A stretch of DNA of 64,000 nucleotides from a virus (taxonomy: Duplodnaviria > Caudoviricetes). Below, one piece after another: positions 51,387 through 60,602 of the stretch (position 1 is its first letter; each line of letters begins with the position of its first letter). The notes under the pieces are model-generated. The model made no database searches, had not been told where the DNA came from, and saw only the letters and a list, made by a program, of their open reading frames with translations. The position numbers and the translations under genes are program-made. The stretch is from positions 224-64,223 of the IMG/VR virus record IMGVR_UViG_3300008262_000201. One strand, written 5' to 3'.

Positions 51387-54227
51387 TTAGTACTTAGGTG
51401 TCAGGCCTTTAAAGGCACTGGTAAAACTGCCAAGAAAACCTTGGCCTGACTTTGATTTTGCAGTTACTGTATCTTCGGTATCATCGTCGTCATACAAACT
51501 GAAATAAGACTTATCTTCTGAAGAAGAGCTTGTTTTCTTTTTAGTTTCTTTAGGTGCTTTCTCATCGGCAGACAACGTTTCAATTGCTCCAAGAGCTTCG
51601 AATGGATCGCTGTTACTTAATTTACTAAACACACTACCTTCTTTAAACCCTTTACCAGCTTGTGTTAAAAGTTCCATGTCTTCTCGGTTTACATCCGGCA
51701 TAAATTCTTTGTAAAAATCATCCTCTGTTCCAGAAAACCCCGCGTTTTTGAACACGTTATAGAGTTCAGTTTCATTTGGGTTAGTACGCGCCGCAGTGTC
51801 TTCAAGACGTTCAATATAGTCTACGCCAAGTTTTTCTTGTGTTACTTTTTCTTTCTTCTCGTTTAGATATTTAATTGCCTCACGTATCTTTGTTGCTTCT
51901 CCCGTTTGGAATGCTTCCTGAATATACTCCTTGACTTCTTCAATTCCCATTTCTTTGCCAGAAAGACCCATGGACTCAAGTACCTTTTCCCATTCGGCCT
52001 TGTTTTTTGTTGGGTCAATTCCCTCTAGCATTTTGTCCGCATACTCTTTAGGCGTAACAAAGTTTAAAAATGACGCGCTACCTAAATTTACTTTTTCATT
52101 TGCAATAGCCGGAAGAATGCTGTCGTCAATAAATGACTGTGCCGCATCTAATGATAACTTATCACGCGCTGGGTCAAAACCTTGGTGCATTCCATATACT
52201 TGGTAATGTAGCTTTGCAAATTGTGATTTATCATTCACGTTATAACCATATAAGTATGCTAACTGGTTCCAGGTGGCTGGAGGATTGCTCCCTGGCACGA
52301 CCTGTTCACCATTCTTTTTTGCTGTTTCCCAATCTTCATTTACTTTTGCTGCTTGTGCAGTATGCTTTTCAATACTTACATCTCCTCCTGAAGGATTAAA
52401 ATAAAATTCAGAATCAAAACCAGAATCTCCAGATGATTTAACGGTGTTTAACCATTGTTGAGCACGAAGATCTGCCAGGTTTTTCAAAGAACTTAATGCG
52501 CTTTGTGTTTGAAAAATGTTTTCTTCTCCTTGTGTTACATCCATGTAGCTCATAAACTCTGACATGGAACGAGATGCGTTAAACCGTGGGGTTAAATAGC
52601 GTTTAACATAGTCGTCTGCAAATTCCTTGTCTGCTACATATTGTTTAGAAGCATCTTGCCAGTCCGAAAAAGTAGCGCCTTCTTCGTATCGTTTTGTCAA
52701 GGTTTCATCAAACCATTTTTGCCAGTTGTAAATTGTATTTGACCTGGAAGGAATTCCAGTAACAGCAGAGAATTGTTTCTCTAAACTCTCTTCTGCTTTT
52801 TCTTGGTTTTGTCCTCCTAAAGAAAGAATACCGCCTACGCCTGTGTCTCCCAAGAGCGAATTAGAGAGCTCTTGGTTCATGTTAAAGATTTCACTAAAAC
52901 CTGGCAAACCACTATAAAAATCAAACTGTTGCTCCTTGGCACGTTGCTTCTTGTATTCTTTTAACGTCTCATTAAATGTATCAACGGTTAAAGATCTAAA
53001 TTTGTCTGCTGCTTCTTGTTCTTTTGGCCCAAGTACTTTACTCAATTTACCTTCGAGTATCGTATCTCCTCGTGACATTTTGACTTGGGACCGAATATCT
53101 TCTGGCAGTTGTGTAATAGAAGGAATTGCTAAATAGCCACTTGCACGATCTGCAGCATCTGCTGGAGACAACGAAGAAATCCATTGCCTCAAAACCTCAG
53201 GATCCTGTGCAGCTTCCCATTCTTTTAAATTACTGTAAGAGCCAAGGCCCATGACCTGATCGCGATACAGTTGATACTGCGCATCAGTCATTGGGGTTTC
53301 TTTGTATCCTTCAGCTTGTTCAGCTTTGGTAACTGCATTACCCCGTTCAGTTTTACCGTTTACAACTGCATAGTTGTACTGTAAAAAAGTATCTTGGTCA
53401 TACCTCCCAACTAATGAAACATCTTCGTATAGCTGTCCGCCAATGTTAATATTGCCATTAAGCGCTTCATTCCATTTATTAAACGCTTCTTGTCCTTGAC
53501 CAGTTGTCATGTAATACGCGGGATCAAACGCACCCATTGGCGGTTGATATGCTTTATTACTTGTGGGGTCCCATTTGGAAACTTTTCCGTAATAGGCATT
53601 AACAAGATTTTGCGTTACGCCAGTGTTGCTTAAGATACTTGCTTCCGTTCCGCCCAGGTTGTTTAAAGCAGTTGCAATTGATTTGAAATCAGTTCCGTCG
53701 CTCTTGTTGTATCTATTGGCAAAATCAGTAAACGTTTTTCTTGCGGCTTCTCCCACGGCATTAGTGTTTACAGCGATGCTTCCATCGGGATTAATTTTAA
53801 ATTGAGCGCCCCCTGGTAGAATCCGATATTCTTTATTTCCGCCACGTTTTTCCCAATGGTCGTAGCCAAAACCTTCTTGGGCGGTTTCATTGGTAATGGG
53901 TTTTCCACTGCCGTCTTGATATACGGGTAGTGTTGTATATCCGCCACGTCCTCCTGAGCCTGGTGCATCTGGCAAACCATTTGTGTTTATAACTTTTGGC
54001 GTTAAACGTCCTTCGTTTTTACCACTGTTTTGATAATGGTTGTACCCCCAATCCCATTTTGAAATTCCAGTTCTTCTATTCTCTGCTTGCCAGGCTTGGC
54101 TTAGATCTGACGCTGCATCAACATACTGAGACCAATGAATATTGCTTCTGTCATTCAACCAACTATTGTAATTCTGTGCAATATCAGAATACGAAGAAAC
54201 GTACTTATCAAAAACGCCCATTAGCAC
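51387..54227 (-). CDS. large virion/internal protein
   Basis: 946-aa ORF in the structural module. Confidence 0.8.
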   Translation of the reverse strand: MLMGVFDKYVSSYSDIAQNYNSWLNDRSNIHWSQYVDAASDLSQAWQAENRRTGISKWDWGYNHYQNSGKNEGRLTPKVINTNGLPDAPGSGGRGGYTTLPVYQDGSGKPITNETAQEGFGYDHWEKRGGNKEYRILPGGAQFKINPDGSIAVNTNAVGEAARKTFTDFANRYNKSDGTDFKSIATALNNLGGTEASILSNTGVTQNLVNAYYGKVSKWDPTSNKAYQPPMGAFDPAYYMTTGQGQEAFNKWNEALNGNINIGGQLYEDVSLVGRYDQDTFLQYNYAVVNGKTERGNAVTKAEQAEGYKETPMTDAQYQLYRDQVMGLGSYSNLKEWEAAQDPEVLRQWISSLSPADAADRASGYLAIPSITQLPEDIRSQVKMSRGDTILEGKLSKVLGPKEQEAADKFRSLTVDTFNETLKEYKKQRAKEQQFDFYSGLPGFSEIFNMNQELSNSLLGDTGVGGILSLGGQNQEKAEESLEKQFSAVTGIPSRSNTIYNWQKWFDETLTKRYEEGATFSDWQDASKQYVADKEFADDYVKRYLTPRFNASRSMSEFMSYMDVTQGEENIFQTQSALSSLKNLADLRAQQWLNTVKSSGDSGFDSEFYFNPSGGDVSIEKHTAQAAKVNEDWETAKKNGEQVVPGSNPPATWNQLAYLYGYNVNDKSQFAKLHYQVYGMHQGFDPARDKLSLDAAQSFIDDSILPAIANEKVNLGSASFLNFVTPKEYADKMLEGIDPTKNKAEWEKVLESMGLSGKEMGIEEVKEYIQEAFQTGEATKIREAIKYLNEKKEKVTQEKLGVDYIERLEDTAARTNPNETELYNVFKNAGFSGTEDDFYKEFMPDVNREDMELLTQAGKGFKEGSVFSKLSNSDPFEALGAIETLSADEKAPKETKKKTSSSSEDKSYFSLYDDDDTEDTVTAKSKSGQGFLGSFTSAFKGLTPKY

Positions 54228-54559
54228 TCACCAAAAATAAAAACAGATTGCTGTTGGATCCAGGCTTCAATCCTAGCAAGAGATGAAGAAGAAAAAAAAG
54301 ATTGTCTCTCGTACCACTTCTTCATATCCTCTGATCCTTTGTTTGCGTTACAACGTCTGCAACAAGGAATCAAATTATGTCGATTAGAAGAACCCGACTT
54401 AAACCTTGGAATAATGTGATCAAGGCTTGACGCCGAGTCACCACAGTATCCGCATTTGTGATCCCAGGCTTCATATATACTTTGTCTAAAACGTTTTTTG
54501 GCAAGCTTTGGAGTTAGTTCAACTAGCAGGGCGAGGGGCTCGTGCTCGTTGCAAAACAT
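54221..54559 (-). CDS. HNH endonuclease
   Basis: CGYCG....LDHIIP..K.G.....NL.PCC..CN..K. Confidence 0.9.
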   Translation of the reverse strand: MFCNEHEPLALLVELTPKLAKKRFRQSIYEAWDHKCGYCGDSASSLDHIIPRFKSGSSNRHNLIPCCRRCNANKGSEDMKKWYERQSFFSSSSLARIEAWIQQQSVFIFGEC

Positions 54560-54594
54560 GCTGTCAATGGCCGTTAACTTATTCTAAGCTCACC

Positions 54595-56139
54595 TCATGG
54601 TTGCGAACGATTGCCATACTGATCAATCATTGTGAAATTTTGTACTTCAATCCGATCTGTTGCAAAGTTAAATAAACGCTGCAACATCGGATACACAGAT
54701 AACGATTGGCAGTTGTAAGGAGGTACATCCATTCTTGACAGTGACTCCCTGGCAAGCTTATCCTTTTTAATTGCGTCTATTTCACTATCTGTCTTTGCCA
54801 CTAGTTGTCTTTCCCATTCAGCCATGCTTTCTATGTCTGTTGGAAAATCAGATGGCTCAGGAGGAAATACGCGATCTGCAAACTTAAGCGAATAGATATG
54901 TTTGCAATAACGCAGCTCGTCTAAAACAGGTGACCATCTGTCTTCAAGAGTTACTAGCGTAATCTGTGGAATGGAACTGCTATCAAGTGTCTCCGTAACA
55001 GACGTATAGTCAGCAAAGGTTGGCATGCCTTCTGCAGAAGAGCCTTGAGTACCGAGGTTATCGGTGCTGCGTGTATAAGTACCGCCAAAGTCTGCATAAA
55101 GTCCTGGGCTGTCCCTCGTCGCATCACGACTGATAACACGATCTGTTGTGACTTGATTCGTCAAATCAAACGAAGGAGGTGCTGTAATTTCTAATGTGAG
55201 ATTGATGGAAGGATCTACTTGTGCGGGAGTTTTCAAGATACCATCACGTTTGGTAAGTTCAAAACGACCTGGTTTAACCGTGGCAATATTAGTGCGTGGA
55301 AATAACTTCCTTGGATTCTCCGAGGATACATAGAAGTAGTCTCGCCGTGTAAAGTCTTGGCATGTGCAACTGTATCGCGCACCAGAGTTTAGATAGCGTC
55401 CTGGAGTAAATCCAATAGGTGAAGGAGTTACAAAGTTTTCATCTGGTGTTGCTTGTACGGAACCCGACTTTCGGAACTTAAGAATACCAGTGGTTTCGTT
55501 GATGTCTAGTAACACTGCGGATACATAGCCGTACCGTGTTTGCGTATTGGGATTGATCGTATCAACTTCAATTAACTCACCACCGGAAGCAACAATACGA
55601 TCCTCAAACACTTCCGAGATTAAAGGCTTTTGTCCACCAGGGAAAAAGAATGGTGGTGGCAGTGGGTTTGATGAGCTCCAGGTGCCTGTCAATTTTACGT
55701 ACCAATAGTTCTTGTCTTCTGTTACTGATTCAACAGATAAGTTACTGGTGCTTACGGGGTCGGTGTATAAGTCAGTTCTGATGGCTCCTGCATAGCGCCA
55801 CAAGCACCAATGCATACCAAGCTCTCGACTCTTCGTTGGGAAGCCAATAAACGCTCCCTGGATAACAATGGGAGGACTAGGAGCAAATACAACGTCTGGA
55901 ATATTGTATTCAAACTCGTATGTAAAGTATTGTCCGTTTGAATAGATTTCGTAACCCCTACGCCAACGTGCCCATGCTGACTCCCTATCAATCGTCCAAA
56001 TTGAACCAGGGAGTGATCCTTTGGAAAACTCCCCTTGAATTGGTTTTACTTCCTTGGGATTAATCTGATCTTTTACCTTGCCAAAGTCACCAAAAGAATT
56101 TGTTCTTTGTCCGCCGAAAGAGTTGCCTCTCTTTGACAT
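54595..56139 (-). CDS. hypothetical protein with a split SWIM-like motif
   Basis: YSCTCQDF...YCKHI about 150 aa apart. Confidence 0.75.
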   Translation of the reverse strand: MSKRGNSFGGQRTNSFGDFGKVKDQINPKEVKPIQGEFSKGSLPGSIWTIDRESAWARWRRGYEIYSNGQYFTYEFEYNIPDVVFAPSPPIVIQGAFIGFPTKSRELGMHWCLWRYAGAIRTDLYTDPVSTSNLSVESVTEDKNYWYVKLTGTWSSSNPLPPPFFFPGGQKPLISEVFEDRIVASGGELIEVDTINPNTQTRYGYVSAVLLDINETTGILKFRKSGSVQATPDENFVTPSPIGFTPGRYLNSGARYSCTCQDFTRRDYFYVSSENPRKLFPRTNIATVKPGRFELTKRDGILKTPAQVDPSINLTLEITAPPSFDLTNQVTTDRVISRDATRDSPGLYADFGGTYTRSTDNLGTQGSSAEGMPTFADYTSVTETLDSSSIPQITLVTLEDRWSPVLDELRYCKHIYSLKFADRVFPPEPSDFPTDIESMAEWERQLVAKTDSEIDAIKKDKLARESLSRMDVPPYNCQSLSVYPMLQRLFNFATDRIEVQNFTMIDQYGNRSQP

Positions 56140-56141
56140 GA

Positions 56142-56930
56142 TTAGAAGAAACCGCCTTCAGCGTAGACGTGTGCACCTGGGATGTATCCAGATGCGTTAG
56201 GACCGTCAGGAAACACGCCTACGTACAAACGGTCGCCACGTTCCAGGTAAATACCACGGTTGCGTAACGGAGCACCAGCAGAGAGCCCTGAGGCGTTACC
56301 AGCGGCTGGGTTGGGTGCCGCAAGTTGAGGCATCACATCCGAACAATCAACTTGTTGTGTGTTGGCAGGAACACGCTTGGCAAGTACAACTTTGTAGTCG
56401 CCACTCGCTGGGATAGGCTGCGTGGTACCACGGGTCTGATAGACGACAAATGTTACTTCTGGCTGGTACGGACCAACGGTACCGCCGTAAGAAAAACCAC
56501 TTGCGTCAGGCGTCGCAACACCAGAGTACCGAATGGTTCCCATGGTACCGGTAATTGCCGTCGCACCTGTATAGGTGTAGTACCCAAGTCCACTCTCTGC
56601 TGCTGGAGTGTTAAGTCCAGTGGCCGTAATAAAAACAGTCTGGCCACTTACCAGTCGGATGCGTGTGCCAGTGGTTGTGGAATCAAGGGTGTAGTCAGGA
56701 TTGCGATAGTAGTCATTACGAACAATAGTGATGGAGTCGACAACACCACCACTATTATTGTCTTCTTGAAGTGCAGCATCCATATCGACAAGGATCGAAG
56801 GAGCTTGTCCGCCTTGCACAAAGAGTGTGTTAGCGGATGCGCTACCAACGGTCTGAGTCGTGACTCGTACCGAATCAAAAAGAGGCCTGTCAACTAACAG
56901 GGGCTGCTTATTTGTATTTGTCGAAGCCAA
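56142..56930 (-). CDS. putative virion structural protein
   Basis: MASTNTNKQP.L.DRP...GG(F)F end; beta-rich. Confidence 0.75.
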   Translation of the reverse strand: MASTNTNKQPLLVDRPLFDSVRVTTQTVGSASANTLFVQGGQAPSILVDMDAALQEDNNSGGVVDSITIVRNDYYRNPDYTLDSTTTGTRIRLVSGQTVFITATGLNTPAAESGLGYYTYTGATAITGTMGTIRYSGVATPDASGFSYGGTVGPYQPEVTFVVYQTRGTTQPIPASGDYKVVLAKRVPANTQQVDCSDVMPQLAAPNPAAGNASGLSAGAPLRNRGIYLERGDRLYVGVFPDGPNASGYIPGAHVYAEGGFF

Positions 56931-56968
56931 GGGTCTACAGCACTAATATCCACCATTATACCTGAGTT

Positions 56969-57646
56969 TCAATAACCAGGTGTAGATAATGGATTGGTTA
57001 TAACACCTAGATTCTTGCTCATGCTACCTAAGAATTCTGCAAATCGTTGACCTGCATTTTTAGGTTGTGGTGCACTTTGCATAGCTTGCTGCATCAACTT
57101 GATACCCATTGCTTCTTCAAGCGTAGGTCCATACACAGGTGCAGAGCCCGCTACTTGTGGTGCTGGCGCTGCGACAGAAGGTTGTCCGCCAACGTCAAGA
57201 GGATCTCCTAACACACGTTGTGCGTTAGCGTATAGATCGCCTCCTTTTCTAAAACGTGGCAATGCCCCACGGACAGATGTACCGAAAGAATCCTTTGCTT
57301 CTAGAGAAACATTTGGATTGCCGCCAAGGACCGTGGCATATGCACGATCAATACCCATGCCTGGTTTAAAACCTCTGTCTTCAAAATACTTCAAAACAGC
57401 AGGCATTTGACCAGCCCTTGTTTGAGGACCAGTAATTCCGTATAGTTTTTGTTCGTTTTGTCCAAACTGAATTAAACCTTTGTGCCGTCCTCCTGCGCCC
57501 CCTACAATGTTAGGATCCATATTCATCCCTGATTCCAGGGATAAAAATGCGCCAAACTCATATGGATCTAAGCCAAGGCGCTTAGCTCCTTCAAAGATTG
57601 CTTGCCTTTCGTTTGTAGGAAGAATTCCAACTCGTGGTGTGGCCAT
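56969..57646 (-). CDS. virion lysozyme/transglycosylase-like protein
   Basis: LESG..GLIQF..Q...V.KY...Y..VL.GN. Confidence 0.7.
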   Translation of the reverse strand: MATPRVGILPTNERQAIFEGAKRLGLDPYEFGAFLSLESGMNMDPNIVGGAGGRHKGLIQFGQNEQKLYGITGPQTRAGQMPAVLKYFEDRGFKPGMGIDRAYATVLGGNPNVSLEAKDSFGTSVRGALPRFRKGGDLYANAQRVLGDPLDVGGQPSVAAPAPQVAGSAPVYGPTLEEAMGIKLMQQAMQSAPQPKNAGQRFAEFLGSMSKNLGVITNPLSTPGY

Positions 57647-57659
57647 GGCAATTAGGTCC

Positions 57660-57776
57660 TTATTCTCCTACCCAATTTGAATCTGCTTTGAGTCCAGGAA
57701 TAAAAACAGTCTGTACAGCGGCAACAAGACTGATCTTCGTGGCTAAACGCTTAACAAAATTAGGACAGAGAATCAT
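57660..57776 (-). CDS. 38-aa peptide (not in ORF track)
   Basis: MILCPNFVKRLATKISLVAAVQTVFIPGLKADSNWVGE, downstream of motif A copy 10. Confidence 0.45.
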   Translation of the reverse strand: MILCPNFVKRLATKISLVAAVQTVFIPGLKADSNWVGE

Positions 57777-57831
57777 TGGTTTAAAAGCAACAACACTGGC
57801 CCCCATAGATCAAAGATCTGTGTCCAGTAGG

Positions 57832-57858
57832 TTGGGCTTACATGCTGAGCAATGCCAA
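57832..57858 (-). repeat. motif A copy 10 (minus strand)
   Basis: TTGG-CAT-[TGC TCA GCA]-TG-TAAGC-CCAA, 3 nt after the stop of 57862-58845. Confidence 0.7.
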
Positions 57859-57861
57859 AAA

Positions 57862-58845
57862 TCAACGTTTGGTGTATTGGTTTAAAAGCTCTTGGAACTC
57901 TTCTGGACTCATGTTTTTAAAACGAGGATCAGCAAAGTTCACAGGCGGTGCACCTTCTCCACCAATAAAGCTAGGAGATGCGGGATTCAACATAGCATCT
58001 GCCATTGGTACGGCGGGTGTAGGACCTTGAGTAGCCTGGTTCCAAGTGAACTCAGCTCGATTTTCCAGGGATGGAAGTTCTTGGATACCAATACCGCGTT
58101 GAATTGCATCGTAGCCAACAGCGCCTGGTTTTACTTTGGAAGCAAGGCCACCAGGGGCGCCATACTTTGCTGCCCAAATTGCCATGCCTTGGTCACGTAC
58201 CTTAGCACGTTCATCAGCAATTGCTTGCTTCTGCATGTCAGGGTTAGCTTTCACCATCGCCTCAACCCTGGCACGCTCCCGTTCGTACTCACGGTTTTGT
58301 GCAGCGTACGGATCAATAGGTGCGAAAGAACCTGCACCGGAAAAGCCACCCCCTCCACCTTGTGCTGCTCCTGGAGAACGTGGTGCAGTGTCTTGAATAA
58401 AACGACCTTGCGTTCCAGGGGTGTTAAGAGAGTTTAAAGTAGCACTACTTCCAGTTCCATTCAATAATTGCCAACCGTAATCATCGCCACCCCAATAGAC
58501 AGGTTTACCGTTTAATACTGCTTGAGTACCAATAGGACGCTGTTGTTGTCCTGGTGGAGATTTAGTCGCCCTTGGAGCACCTCCACCTGAGCCAATTACA
58601 TTTTCAATGCTATTTCCAAGTGCCCCAAGACGTGTGATGATGTTATCTTGTGGGTTGATAACTTGTTGAGTTTGCTCAATAATATCAGGAATAGCAAATA
58701 ACGGGCTTATAAATTTGCCAGCTCCCCTAAGCCCTACGGTTGGTTTTATAGGAATTGCTGCTCGAGCATTTAAACGTTGGCGAGCAATACTACCGGCATC
58801 TTGGCCTTTAGGATTTGCCTGATTAAGAAAATCAAACCAAGCCAT
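57862..58845 (-). CDS. putative internal virion protein
   Basis: 327-aa Gly/Ala/Gln-rich ORF. Confidence 0.75.
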   Translation of the reverse strand: MAWFDFLNQANPKGQDAGSIARQRLNARAAIPIKPTVGLRGAGKFISPLFAIPDIIEQTQQVINPQDNIITRLGALGNSIENVIGSGGGAPRATKSPPGQQQRPIGTQAVLNGKPVYWGGDDYGWQLLNGTGSSATLNSLNTPGTQGRFIQDTAPRSPGAAQGGGGGFSGAGSFAPIDPYAAQNREYERERARVEAMVKANPDMQKQAIADERAKVRDQGMAIWAAKYGAPGGLASKVKPGAVGYDAIQRGIGIQELPSLENRAEFTWNQATQGPTPAVPMADAMLNPASPSFIGGEGAPPVNFADPRFKNMSPEEFQELLNQYTKR

Positions 58846-58847
58846 AA

Positions 58848-59309
58848 TTACCTCCAGACCTCATGTAAATAAATGCGTGAACCAACAGCAGTGTCGGCAG
58901 GACCAGGTAATGCCTGGATAAATTCAGCACCAGAACGTTCGTAACGATAACGAGCCTGGAACGGATCTTTGTAGTTTGGAACGTAAAGAATCTGCGCAAG
59001 TCGATTGGTTTCGTAGAGATAAATCTCGTCCCAAACCTTCAAAGATTCCCTGGCATTGCTGGAGCGAATCGTACGATCCACATCACCAACGATGTTCTCA
59101 ATGCGAGTAGAAGGCGAAGTAGCAACTTCGGTTTTCTTCTCGGCAGTATCGCAACGACCAAGTTGAATAATAACTTTGTCGTAGAAGTATGAATCCGGGA
59201 TGGTGTTCATAGCTTCTTCCAGACGAGCGTAATCGCCCGCTGGTACGGTGACCGTGAAGTAGCCGAGGTGGTATCGGACTCTACTTTTATCGAAGTCGCT
59301 GAGATGCAC
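58848..59309 (-). CDS. putative head-completion/adaptor protein
   Basis: LS..DK.RVRYHLGY motif; located downstream of the capsid genes. Confidence 0.6.
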   Translation of the reverse strand: MHLSDFDKSRVRYHLGYFTVTVPAGDYARLEEAMNTIPDSYFYDKVIIQLGRCDTAEKKTEVATSPSTRIENIVGDVDRTIRSSNARESLKVWDEIYLYETNRLAQILYVPNYKDPFQARYRYERSGAEFIQALPGPADTAVGSRIYLHEVWR

Positions 59310-59332
59310 AGCTTAGTTCCGTATGTTTTTTA

Positions 59333-60067
59333 TTATAAGCTCATTGGATTTTGTAGAACTCCAAGGCCTCCCATTGCTTGCATCATTTGCTCCATCGTTG
59401 CACGATGATCCGTGCGTTGCGGGGGATTAAGTAATTGTTGCATCATTGTTGTTTGCAGTTGATCTTGCATATAACGTTTCAAAAAATCTTGTCGTGTTTC
59501 TGCAGTATTTGCATCAGCAGTAGCACCTGGACTAACAGCTTGACCAGTGGGAACTAAGACTTCTGTTTCTGCTTCAGGGCGATCAACATTGCCATGGCCA
59601 ACGCGGAATACAACCTTACCACTAGGATCTAAAGCCTCAGAAAAATATCCATATCCTCCACCACTACCGCGACGAATCTTGCCGCCTGCAATGCCAGGTA
59701 TGTAAATAGATGCGTCTTCTACAGCACCTTTATCAAACCTGCTTTTACCTTTAAAAGGTACATAGAAATCAAAAGAATCAAATCCAGGACTTTGACTATG
59801 AGCGTGCGCCGCTGCTGCTCTTTCTAGTAAATCAATTTTATCTGATAGATCTGCTGCTGTATTCCACCTCCTTCCAGCCACTGCGTTGTTTGAGAATTCT
59901 ATTTCGCGCCCATGAGAACCGTATTGGTTTGCCAATGCATCCATTGCTTTGACTTTCTCAATAGCAGGGAGCGACTTTAACGCTTTCCAATCAATGTGAT
60001 AGGGAGAGCTGCCACCAATTTTATTACTAGGTCCTGTATATCCACTGCGATTAACAGAGTATGCCAT
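59333..60067 (-). CDS. virion protein with M23-like peptidase features
   Basis: G.SS..HID, H.H....D, GGYG....GH. Confidence 0.55.
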   Translation of the reverse strand: MAYSVNRSGYTGPSNKIGGSSPYHIDWKALKSLPAIEKVKAMDALANQYGSHGREIEFSNNAVAGRRWNTAADLSDKIDLLERAAAAHAHSQSPGFDSFDFYVPFKGKSRFDKGAVEDASIYIPGIAGGKIRRGSGGGYGYFSEALDPSGKVVFRVGHGNVDRPEAETEVLVPTGQAVSPGATADANTAETRQDFLKRYMQDQLQTTMMQQLLNPPQRTDHRATMEQMMQAMGGLGVLQNPMSL

Positions 60068-60093
60068 GTTGTTTTATTTCTTATTTTACGAGC

Positions 60094-60117
60094 AAAAAAC
60101 CCCCGGTTTCCCAGGGG
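60094..60117 (-). terminator. intrinsic terminator after the capsid operon
   Basis: CCCCTGG-GAAA-CCGGGGG-TTTTTT on the minus strand. Confidence 0.8.
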
Positions 60118-60135
60118 CTAGATAGGAGATAAGTA

Positions 60136-60567
60136 TCAAACTCTGATCAAGTCTGCTGCTAAAACCGCGTCCCAATCAACCCGTTTAATTTGCTTTAACT
60201 GTTCAAGATTGTTAAACCTTTCACCCGATAAGGACATCTGAAGATCTTTAATTTCTCGAGCTGTTTTCAATCCGATACCCTTAATATGATCAGCGATCAT
60301 CTGTGGGGTAGCGCCATTGATGTTAAGGCGTGTGTCCGGGGGGAAAGTGCGTGGTTCTTCCTGCGATGCTTTATCTTTCACGCGAAGAGTTTTTACTTTC
60401 TTCGTGGCTTCTTCGTCAGGTGTGAGTTCAGTTTTGTAAGCGGTGTAAAGGCGACCGTCCTGGTCTTTGACCATGAACCAATCGCCTTGATCCCATTCGC
60501 TTACAATCTCAACACGTGCACCTGTCTTTTTATGCTGATAAAGCATATCTGCAGTTGGTGTAGACAT
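60136..60567 (-). CDS. helix-hairpin-helix (ComEA-like) DNA-binding protein
   Basis: LNIN.AT...I....KGIG.KTA..I.......F..LE.L. Confidence 0.75.
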   Translation of the reverse strand: MSTPTADMLYQHKKTGARVEIVSEWDQGDWFMVKDQDGRLYTAYKTELTPDEEATKKVKTLRVKDKASQEEPRTFPPDTRLNINGATPQMIADHIKGIGLKTAREIKDLQMSLSGERFNNLEQLKQIKRVDWDAVLAADLIRV

Positions 60568-60602
60568 AAGACCAGTTGTTCACTGGTCTTAGTTTAACCT
60601 AA

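Noticed and set aside
60136-60567. PsbU photosystem protein
   Set aside because: Only the generic HhH fold is shared; no signal peptide; the KGIG motif is ComEA-like
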